Shown: in pieces, positions 9,099 to 15,998 of the stretch | Layout: each line of letters begins with the position of its first letter | Numbering within the stretch: position 1 is the first letter of the stretch | The notes under the pieces: model-generated | The model's input: the letters and a program-made list of their open reading frames with translations, nothing else | Told to the model about the DNA's origin: nothing | The model's database searches: none | Program-made: the position numbers and the translations under genes | Source of the DNA: a virus | IMG/VR virus record: IMGVR_UViG_3300042371_000495 | Location: 3,193-67,192 of that record | Length of the DNA stretch: 64,000 bases | Direction: 5' to 3' (one strand)

Positions 9099-9180
9099 AC
9101 TCCTTTTTAAGCGAGTTTATGTTTCGATTTCAACGAGACCCAATGAAGGCATCTCATTGTCTGTGACCCGAATTGATCAC
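9099..9180 (-). promoter_or_regulatory. ROSE-like RNA thermometer in hsp20 5' UTR (three hairpins, last one sequesters the SD)
   Basis: ACUCGCUU pairs with AAGGAGU with a bulged G (U(U/C)GCU motif); upstream stems GUGAUC/GGUCAC and CAAUGAGAU/GUCUCGUUG. Confidence 0.7.
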
Positions 9181-9185
9181 GAGAT

Positions 9186-9193
9186 TATTTATA
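9186..9193 (-). promoter_or_regulatory. T4-type late promoter TATAAATA upstream of hsp20
   Basis: Exact consensus. Confidence 0.75.
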
Positions 9194-9197
9194 TGAC

Positions 9198-10109
9198 TTA
9201 CGTTGATTTCGTAGCAGTATATTCAGAGAAAGTCAATAGGTTTCTGGATGATATGATCTCGAAATAGGTCTTTGCATCCGGGTGATTGATCTTGTTATAT
9301 TCGAATTCGATCTTGCTCTCGATCGGACGATAATGAAGTGTCCGAGTCTTAGGAACGATGAGCAGCTGCCCAGTAGTGGCCATCTCTGCTTTCTCTGTAT
9401 CACCCTTACGAACTGGATTCATGAAAGTATCTTTATTTGGTTGATCGGCCAAAGCTTTTAACAAATCACCAGGTTCCTTGACACCGTCTAGGTTACTAAG
9501 AACAATCTTCAATCTTTCTACCGAACTTTCACGTGCTTTCTTTTGTTCGGCGTTCATTCCTCCTTTTTGATAACCAAGCTCAGGAAGATCAATTCCATGG
9601 TTTGTACGAGCGCACTGCTTGTCCTTTTTATCGATCTCCTTTAAGTTAAAGAAATATTCACGGGGATTTTCCTTCGTAGAGTTTGACTTCTTAACAGTAA
9701 ATCCGCCTTCGATTAGGAAGCATACGTTCTCGTCGAATACAAATGTCGCTCCGGCTAACTCGCTATCAGTAAGGTGTTTGATCACCTTCTTGATATCTTT
9801 GAACTTTAATGCCTCGCGAATCGAGCGACCGTCTGGAGAGAAGTAACCTTCTCGGTCTCGAGCAGTGCCCTTGACCATCTTCGCTCCTTCTTTCTCATCG
9901 GATTTGACGCTAAAGGCAGCCGAAAGGATACCGATGCCATGCTCATTTATTCCTTCGGTCCAGCGACTGAGTTTATCATCGATGTATAAACGTTGAGTAT
10001 CGTAGCGATTTGATTGTGTAATCCCAATTGTAGTGGGATAATTACGATCTCGGTTTTTCGCTCCGACCCATCCATACTCTTTTAGATACACTACAGCTAC
10101 TGTACACAT
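9198..10109 (-). CDS. N-terminal-nucleophile (Cys) hydrolase, C45/C59/C69/NRDE-like peptidase
   Basis: M-C-T start, GAKNRDR, EGINEHGI, CARTNH, SSVERL. Confidence 0.75.
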   Translation of the reverse strand: MCTVAVVYLKEYGWVGAKNRDRNYPTTIGITQSNRYDTQRLYIDDKLSRWTEGINEHGIGILSAAFSVKSDEKEGAKMVKGTARDREGYFSPDGRSIREALKFKDIKKVIKHLTDSELAGATFVFDENVCFLIEGGFTVKKSNSTKENPREYFFNLKEIDKKDKQCARTNHGIDLPELGYQKGGMNAEQKKARESSVERLKIVLSNLDGVKEPGDLLKALADQPNKDTFMNPVRKGDTEKAEMATTGQLLIVPKTRTLHYRPIESKIEFEYNKINHPDAKTYFEIISSRNLLTFSEYTATKST

Positions 10110-10116
10110 ATATGGC

Positions 10117-10124
10117 TATTTATA
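10117..10124 (-). promoter_or_regulatory. Late promoter TATAAATA, 7 nt before the ATG of the Ntn hydrolase
   Basis: Exact consensus. Confidence 0.75.
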
Positions 10125-10136
10125 TCAGAGAGCTTC

Positions 10137-10565
10137 TTATCGATTGCCCTTAACCTTTCCGATCTGATACTTAGGGAGTAACGTCCAATCTTTCTTGTCT
10201 TTATGAGAGATGATCTTGATAGCCTTCAGCGAGCAGGTGGGTTCGGCCTTGGAAAAGTCAACGATACTCAGCAATCCCCAATCCGAAAGCAAGATAGTGA
10301 TCGTATTTCTACGGGCTAAGTCATCTTTAGTGAAAGTAGATGGTTTACTGTCCAGTAAAAACAGCTCTTTGAAGTGAACGATGAAGTACCGACCTGCCTT
10401 ATGCAAGATATGACAACTTTGATATAGCGTGTTGATTTCCTTTTTTGAGGAGACACCGATGCGTGACAAAGTTTCCTTAACTTTCAGGAAGTCGTCGGGT
10501 TCGTTAAGGGTGATCTCGAGCATCGAAGCCGGAGTCCAATCAATAATATCATTTTCTGTGTTCAT
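10137..10565 (-). CDS. regA: Translational repressor RegA
   Basis: PDDFLKVKETLSRIGV, LYQSCHILHKAGRYFIVHFKELF, RRNTI..LL.DWGL; start at MNTEND. Confidence 0.95.
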   Translation of the reverse strand: MNTENDIIDWTPASMLEITLNEPDDFLKVKETLSRIGVSSKKEINTLYQSCHILHKAGRYFIVHFKELFLLDSKPSTFTKDDLARRNTITILLSDWGLLSIVDFSKAEPTCSLKAIKIISHKDKKDWTLLPKYQIGKVKGNR

Positions 10566-10578
10566 ACTATATGCTTTC

Positions 10579-11022
10579 TTATTTATTAACTCCACCCTTA
10601 TTACGAATTGCCTTGATCGCCTCAATGCTTTCCTTACCGAGTAATGGCAATACTTCTCTGGCTCGAGTCGAGGAATAATCGTAATGTTCCATGATCAGTT
10701 TGACATCGGCGCTATCGTCTTCTTTCTTTGCCCATTTGCTAAAGCGTTTACGCGGACGAACCAATCCCCTATAGAAGTCATACTGCATCTTTGTAGGCAA
10801 TGAATGATGGCGATTCATCTCGTTCGCCAAGAGGATCGTGTCATTGAAATAAGACAATCCGCGATTGATCATGAACGCGACATATTGCTTATCGATCGAG
10901 GTAGAGTTCAATGCTCCGCTTGAGTCATCGGCGCTACACGCTTCCATGAGGTTGACTGCCTTCGAGCCTTCATTGATATTCGTCAAGAAATCAAAGAAAG
11001 ATAATGGTTTGATATCGCTCAT
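10579..11022 (-). CDS. gp62: Clamp loader small subunit
   Basis: YVAFMINRGLSYFNDTILLANEMN, RPRKRFSKWAK, C-terminal KGG; between gp44 and regA. Confidence 0.92.
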   Translation of the reverse strand: MSDIKPLSFFDFLTNINEGSKAVNLMEACSADDSSGALNSTSIDKQYVAFMINRGLSYFNDTILLANEMNRHHSLPTKMQYDFYRGLVRPRKRFSKWAKKEDDSADVKLIMEHYDYSSTRAREVLPLLGKESIEAIKAIRNKGGVNK

Positions 11023-11026
11023 AATA

Positions 11027-11974
11027 TTATTTCCATTCGACGTTACCCATGAGCTCGGTCAGACAAGCCACAAGATTGAGTTCTTTGTCGGCGACGAAGG
11101 CAGACTTATAAGAATAATCTGCCAAGATCAACACCGCGCCCGGAATAGAACCAGGATTCGCGATGTCATAGAGCGAGTCATATATCTTACGAAACATCAC
11201 CGTTCCATCCAGCGCGGTGTTATTTGCGACCCAGGAACGCATGCTCTTGAAGTCTTTCGCCTTGAGGTAAGATACGACCTGAGCGATATTCTGATCGCTC
11301 ATACCGAGCAATGCTACGGGATTGATTTGACCGCCAGAGCTGTGACGCTGACACTCATTCACAACGCGTCTCCAGTCAGGAGCATACTGAATAATGAGGT
11401 CAGCGATCACGCTTTCTTTATACTCTACACCTTCGTTCTTTAGGATAAACTGAAGACGCTTCATAAAATCACCGGCAAGTGAAGCGAGTTGCTTCTTAGT
11501 AGTGTTGAACTCGATTACGGCACATCGAGAATGAAGCGGCTCGATGATGCGATTCTTGAAGTTGCAAGTCAAGATGAACCGACAATTGTTACTGAATTCC
11601 TCGATAAAGCCACGAAGCGCAGGTTGAGTCGACTGGGCATTTAGATAGTCGGCCTCGTCGAGGATGACTACGCGATACCCGCCGGTCAATGATACACTCG
11701 AGGCGAACTGCTTGATCTTATTACGAAGCACGTCGATACCCGATTCCTCGGATCCGTTGATCAACATGTAATCAAGATCGAGCATATTGCACAATGCCCG
11801 AGCGACGGTGGTCTTGCCGAGACCGGCCGAACCAGTCAAGAGCATATTATGCATTTGACCGGTCTTAACGATCTCATTGAAGACTTTCTTCAATTCGGAC
11901 GGAAGGACGCAATCATCGATGGTTTGTGGGCGATACTTTTCGCACCATAAGAATTCAGTGTTATTGTTCATCAT
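11027..11974 (-). CDS. gp44: Clamp loader large subunit (RFC-like AAA+)
   Basis: WCEKYRP, GSAGLGKTT, LDEAD, SRC. Confidence 0.96.
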   Translation of the reverse strand: MMNNNTEFLWCEKYRPQTIDDCVLPSELKKVFNEIVKTGQMHNMLLTGSAGLGKTTVARALCNMLDLDYMLINGSEESGIDVLRNKIKQFASSVSLTGGYRVVILDEADYLNAQSTQPALRGFIEEFSNNCRFILTCNFKNRIIEPLHSRCAVIEFNTTKKQLASLAGDFMKRLQFILKNEGVEYKESVIADLIIQYAPDWRRVVNECQRHSSGGQINPVALLGMSDQNIAQVVSYLKAKDFKSMRSWVANNTALDGTVMFRKIYDSLYDIANPGSIPGAVLILADYSYKSAFVADKELNLVACLTELMGNVEWK

Positions 11975-12001
11975 ATAGAGTGTGTTGGCTAGAGAGGTAT
12001 C

Positions 12002-12283
12002 TTACTTCGTTGTGAGCTGATTGTAAATGTTTTTTACATCGGCGACTTCAGTTTCATATTCGGACATTGCTTGCTTATGATACAGCTTCGAGACCTTTCG
12101 AAGCATCGGCTTAGGAATCTCAAAAGCCTTTGCGGCTGCATCGAGGATTTCATTCACCTGATCTCGGGCAACGTCGATCTTCGACATTTGCTCAGAGATT
12201 TCCTTCATTACGCCGAGCATCGCAGCGCGGGCTTTATCATCTTTCAATTCCGTTGTCGTCGTTGTATTCTGCTCCGTATTCAT
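12002..12283 (-). CDS. dsDNA-binding protein, T4 DsbA-like
   Basis: KEISEQMSKID...FEIPKPMLRKVSKLYHKQ pattern. Confidence 0.6.
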   Translation of the reverse strand: MNTEQNTTTTTELKDDKARAAMLGVMKEISEQMSKIDVARDQVNEILDAAAKAFEIPKPMLRKVSKLYHKQAMSEYETEVADVKNIYNQLTTK

Positions 12284-12560
12284 TTATATAGTGTGTAGGT
12301 GTTGTATTGAGAGTTGGTGTGATTTTTGTAGTGCATCCGCTAAGAACGATGCATCCAAAAAATATGGCTAAGGACCAAAATAGAAGCGAATATAAGAATG
12401 TCATAATAGGACTTTTGGCGCGCCAAGCAATTGCTTTGACATCACCATATTCCTTCGGAGGATTCATATATTTCACCCAAAGGATAATTCTTCCAGGGAG
12501 AGTGAATGCCTCATATAAAAATGAGCGTCTCTCGGTTCCGTCTAGTCGATCCTTAGCCAC
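12237..12560 (-). CDS. Hypothetical membrane protein
   Basis: Hydrophobic stretch IMTFLYSLLFWSLAIFFGCIVLSG. Confidence 0.55.
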   Translation of the reverse strand: MAKDRLDGTERRSFLYEAFTLPGRIILWVKYMNPPKEYGDVKAIAWRAKSPIMTFLYSLLFWSLAIFFGCIVLSGCTTKITPTLNTTPTHYINEYGAEYNDDNGIER

Positions 12561-12572
12561 ATTCGTATAGGA

Positions 12573-12842
12573 TTATGGATTTACTGGAGTCTCAAGTGGA
12601 AGTTCCAATTGACCACCATCTTCATCTACCTCGGTCGATTCGGCCGGTGGAGTATGTGCCTTAATGAAGGCATTGAGTCGATCAGTCAAAGCGCCAATCA
12701 CGGTGAATTCATTCGATTCGAATGCTCCGCGTTTGGCAGCGACACCGATGATATTCTGAATAAGAATAAAGTCACCGATGGTAATATCGTTTTGTTCTGG
12801 TTGTGTTTGTTCGTTCATAGGGAATGGTGTGATGTTACTCAT
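12573..12842 (-). CDS. Conserved T4-like hypothetical protein next to gp45
   Basis: IIGVAAKRGAFESNEF..IG motif. Confidence 0.7.
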   Translation of the reverse strand: MSNITPFPMNEQTQPEQNDITIGDFILIQNIIGVAAKRGAFESNEFTVIGALTDRLNAFIKAHTPPAESTEVDEDGGQLELPLETPVNP

Positions 12843-12845
12843 AGA

Positions 12846-13520
12846 TTACGCATCAAAAGTTGAGGTTTTCTCGAGAGCGATGAAATATTCAACTGGGGTA
12901 GATTGATTCTTCCAATGGCTAATAAGCTTCGAGGACATTTCGACTACATAGTTACCAGCGATAACCTTGAGATTCGAGATAAGGAACTGAAGGTCGAAAG
13001 CAGCCTTCGAGGCATTGTTGTCATCGATCACGATGCTAAAGGTGTTAGCAGTAGGATTCTTCGGATCAAGGACAGCCAACGAGACGATACCATCTTTGCC
13101 TGCGATAGAGACTACGCTATGGCCAAGAGCACCACCTGCTTTGCGAATTTTGTTGAGGCTATCGGCAGTAACCTCGACAGTCACATCGGTCGAGGGCATA
13201 TTGATCTTCTTCGAAGGAGAAGTTAGAATGCTTTCATCGGCGAAGCGATACTTAACCTTCGATTTGCCAGACGAAAGAACCATGCTATCCTCAGAGAAGT
13301 CGAGGTCAGGTTCGCCTACAAGGTCGATCGCCGAGAGGAAACCGGTCAAGTCATAGATACCGAATTGTTGAGGGAACGATTCGGGAATGGTAGCGATAGC
13401 AAGGATGTTCTTAGCCTCGCTGATCGTCGATAGCGGTTCACCGGGTTTTACGATGAGATTTGAATTGATCGTGGAGAAGTTCTTCAGGATCGCCAGAGTG
13501 TCGGTGGATAACTTAGTCAT
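12846..13520 (-). CDS. gp45: Sliding clamp
   Basis: KLSTDTLAILKNFSTINS, FGIYDL..FL, YFIALE. Confidence 0.95.
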   Translation of the reverse strand: MTKLSTDTLAILKNFSTINSNLIVKPGEPLSTISEAKNILAIATIPESFPQQFGIYDLTGFLSAIDLVGEPDLDFSEDSMVLSSGKSKVKYRFADESILTSPSKKINMPSTDVTVEVTADSLNKIRKAGGALGHSVVSIAGKDGIVSLAVLDPKNPTANTFSIVIDDNNASKAAFDLQFLISNLKVIAGNYVVEMSSKLISHWKNQSTPVEYFIALEKTSTFDA

Positions 13521-13526
13521 GTTGGT

Positions 13527-13555
13527 ATTCTATATTGTTTTTCAGAGATTGTAAA
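13527..13555 (-). promoter_or_regulatory. Early promoter of gp45, TTTACA-N17-TAGAAT, leaderless
   Basis: TTTACA ATCTCTGAAAAACAATA TAGAAT ACCAAC ATG. Confidence 0.75.
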
Positions 13556-13564
13556 CCTAATTGT

Positions 13565-13870
13565 TTAGGAAGGAATATTTTTATTTGTATCGAATTCGAA
13601 GTAGAACATCATGCAACAAATCGCGTGCGCCGCATGGTGAAAACCGGTTTCAGGATCATGTGATTCTCCTCGCATGAGAGCCCACATATGTCGCATGGTA
13701 GCCGAGAAGTATCGAGTCTTACCGTCGGAGACGACACGCCAGTTATCTCGCGCATACTTAGCAGTTCCGAACGTCAGCACCTTTACGACTTCATCTAATG
13801 CGAACGGAGGAAGCAGACTATAGTCTGGCTTATCACCGTCATATTTGATTCCGATTTGTTTCTTCTTCAT
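13565..13870 (-). CDS. dATP/dGTP diphosphohydrolase domain protein (DUF5664-like)
   Basis: KYDGDKPDYSLLP...VLTFGTAKYARDNW...RH...DPETGFHHAAHA. Confidence 0.85.
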   Translation of the reverse strand: MKKKQIGIKYDGDKPDYSLLPPFALDEVVKVLTFGTAKYARDNWRVVSDGKTRYFSATMRHMWALMRGESHDPETGFHHAAHAICCMMFYFEFDTNKNIPS

Positions 13871-13917
13871 AAGAAAGAGAAAGGAATAGGGTGAGAGCGA
13901 ATCTTCACCCTATTCCT
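13871..13917 (-). terminator. Rho-independent terminator
   Basis: 13-bp perfect stem AGGAATAGGGTGA/TCACCCTATTCCT followed by TTCTCTTTCTT. Confidence 0.8.
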
Positions 13918-13923
13918 ATATTT

Positions 13924-14214
13924 TTATCGAGCGGCCTTCTTGCTTCCGGAACGCTTAGCCGACTTCGCTGGCTTTTCCTCGGCGAGGGTGTAATAAGTGG
14001 TAGAGTTACCCTTACGATCGACCGAACGAATCGCCTCGATGTCGATATCGAGCGAACGGAGGTAATTCACGACGCGGCGTGGATCCTTGACACCTGCTTC
14101 GCGAGCTTCTTGTGCGGAGAACAAGTTACCCGAGAGGAGGAACGTCAGGAGAGCCTCACGTTGGCTAGTACGGTTGATCATGGAGGTCAGTTTTTGTGTC
14201 AGTTTCTTTGTCAT
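13924..14214 (-). CDS. Winged-helix DNA-binding protein with basic tail
   Basis: LLTFLLSG..FSAQEAREAGVKDPRRVVNYLR...YYTL; start at MTKKL after an AC-rich leader. Confidence 0.6.
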   Translation of the reverse strand: MTKKLTQKLTSMINRTSQREALLTFLLSGNLFSAQEAREAGVKDPRRVVNYLRSLDIDIEAIRSVDRKGNSTTYYTLAEEKPAKSAKRSGSKKAAR

Positions 14215-14279
14215 TTTTGTATGTGTGTTGTTGTTTTTTGGACCCAAGAAAGGGCGTGGATCCTTGCGCCGTGAGATTG

Positions 14280-15422
14280 TTAGAAAGGATGTTCATCGAG
14301 AGCTTCTTCGACCTTGGCCACAGTAGAGTTGCTATCGGAATCGATCTTGGTATAGAGGTCAATGAATGCGCTCTTCGTATCAGGATCGAAGCGGGCGATG
14401 CACATCATGATCGCTTGCATACGATCACGAAAGATCGAGTATGCCTTGACGATATGGCAGAGACGGCGAGTAGAGATGAGTTCGTCGACACCTTCAGCCT
14501 CAAAGGTCTTACGAATAACACCGGACCAGGCAATCAGCTTATCGCAGAACGGTTTATCATCGACCTCAAGAGCTTCCATGTGCTTCCAGACGATGGAGTG
14601 TTCGATGGTCGCAGATGGATAGGATTGGTCGATCGTAGCCACAAAACGTTCAATGAATGCTTCGTCGATGATGTTCGCAGCGCTATAGCGACCGTCCTCG
14701 GATCCACGACCTTTGGTATTGGCAGTCGCGATCACATTGAATCCAGGCGCCGGAGAAACGACCTGACCGATCTTCTTGATCAAGACTGGTTTACCTTCGA
14801 GCACACCTTGAAGGCACATGATTTTATTGGATCCACGATCGAGCTCGTCGATCAAGAGGATGCAACCTTTTTCCATGGCTTTGATGACTGGTCCCTTATG
14901 GAACACCGTCTCGCCATTGACCAGACGAAAGCCGCCGATCAAGTCATCTTCGTCGGTCTCAGGCGAGATTTGGACTCGAATATACTCGCGCTTAGTTTTG
15001 GCGCAGGCTTGCTCGACCATCATCGTCTTGCCATTGCCAGACATTCCAGAGATGTAGAGAGGAAAGAACATCTTCGAGTCAATGACTTTTTTAATGGTCT
15101 TATATTCACCCCATTGAACGAAAGTTGGGTCAATCGATGGGATAAAGACATCATCATTCATCGCGGACTGGATCGGTTGTTGTTTTTCGATGGTTTGAAT
15201 AAGGTTGACTTTTGCGGTGTTAGCACCGTCGCTCCAAGAACTCGAGCGAATGACGTAAGAACCATGGCCGATCTTATTGGAATCATCTAGAAATTCCTTT
15301 TTGATCTGATTGTAAGTCATGCCATTTTGGCGACCGACGTCATAGATGACGGACGACTTGAACGATGAGGTGTCACCTGGGAGGGACATGAGTGCTGCGA
15401 TGGTTGCTTCAATGTTTGTCAT
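14280..15422 (-). CDS. CobS/MoxR-like AAA+ ATPase
   Basis: GMSGNGKT, EDDLIGG, LIDELD, ATANTKGRGS, AFIERF, STRRL. Confidence 0.9.
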   Translation of the reverse strand: MTNIEATIAALMSLPGDTSSFKSSVIYDVGRQNGMTYNQIKKEFLDDSNKIGHGSYVIRSSSWSDGANTAKVNLIQTIEKQQPIQSAMNDDVFIPSIDPTFVQWGEYKTIKKVIDSKMFFPLYISGMSGNGKTMMVEQACAKTKREYIRVQISPETDEDDLIGGFRLVNGETVFHKGPVIKAMEKGCILLIDELDRGSNKIMCLQGVLEGKPVLIKKIGQVVSPAPGFNVIATANTKGRGSEDGRYSAANIIDEAFIERFVATIDQSYPSATIEHSIVWKHMEALEVDDKPFCDKLIAWSGVIRKTFEAEGVDELISTRRLCHIVKAYSIFRDRMQAIMMCIARFDPDTKSAFIDLYTKIDSDSNSTVAKVEEALDEHPF

Positions 15423-15449
15423 AATGTAGTGAGGTAAAAGTTTAATGTA

Positions 15450-15611
15450 TTAGCGAGGCTGCATTGCGATGGTAATCGTTCCAAGGGAGTTGTGAACTAA
15501 TTGGAACACAGCTTGATTGCGTTTTGCCGCGGCAAGTTCAGCCGAAGTAGGGGCAAAGATGTATCCATTATTGGTGGAGCGAATTGCTGCGATAAGTTCA
15601 GATGTTGTCAT
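15450..15611 (-). CDS. Small early protein (53 aa, not in ORF track)
   Basis: Manual translation MTTSELIAAIRSTNNGYIFAPTSAELAAAKRNQAVFQLVHNSLGTITIAMQPR*; has its own promoter and CTACATT leader. Confidence 0.7.
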   Translation of the reverse strand: MTTSELIAAIRSTNNGYIFAPTSAELAAAKRNQAVFQLVHNSLGTITIAMQPR

Positions 15612-15668
15612 AATGTAGAGGAGAGGTTGCTTACGAGGTTATTCTACCAAAAATGGGGCCTTTGTACA
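15612..15668 (-). promoter_or_regulatory. Early promoter TGTACA-N16-TAGAAT plus leader ending CTACATT-ATG
   Basis: TGTACA AAGGCCCCATTTTTGG TAGAAT. Confidence 0.75.
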
Positions 15669-15679
15669 CATCTTTTTTA

Positions 15680-15886
15680 TCAAATGTCACAAAATGAGTG
15701 AATTTGTTTTCCATCCTTCCACATCGTGTAACCTTCAACCCCGATGCTTTCGCATTGTCCAGTGGCCTCGGAAGCAGCATAGGCGTTGCAAACGGCTTGG
15801 CAATAAGCCTCTTTAGGTGAAGAGGAAACAGCAACACCGTAGCGAACTGTGGTAGGGACGACTAAGTAATATTTGACTTTAAACAT
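15680..15886 (-). CDS. Small early hypothetical protein
   Basis: 68-aa ORF behind a promoter and CTACATT leader. Confidence 0.65.
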   Translation of the reverse strand: MFKVKYYLVVPTTVRYGVAVSSSPKEAYCQAVCNAYAASEATGQCESIGVEGYTMWKDGKQIHSFCDI

Positions 15887-15942
15887 AATGTAGGGTGGTT
15901 TCAGTTACAAGAGGATCCTACCACAGAAAAGGCCGATGTAAA
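15887..15942 (-). promoter_or_regulatory. Early promoter TTTACA-N16-TAGGAT plus conserved leader CTTGTAACTGAAACCACCCTACATT-ATG
   Basis: Direct reading; repeat of the 4193-4250 element. Confidence 0.75.
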
Positions 15943-15998
15943 TGCTTTTTTTCATTAAAAGCGAAAATAATTTAGGGCCCCTCGCCATTACCAATAGG

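Noticed and set aside
6250-11443. Many 60-190 aa plus-strand and alternate-frame ORFs over gp43, regA, gp62 and gp44
   Set aside because: They overlap well-supported genes and have no recognisable motifs; the same holds for similar ORFs across the window
14196-15290. 364-aa plus-strand ORF
   Set aside because: Antisense shadow of the CobS-like ATPase; no motifs, no promoter, explained by codon bias
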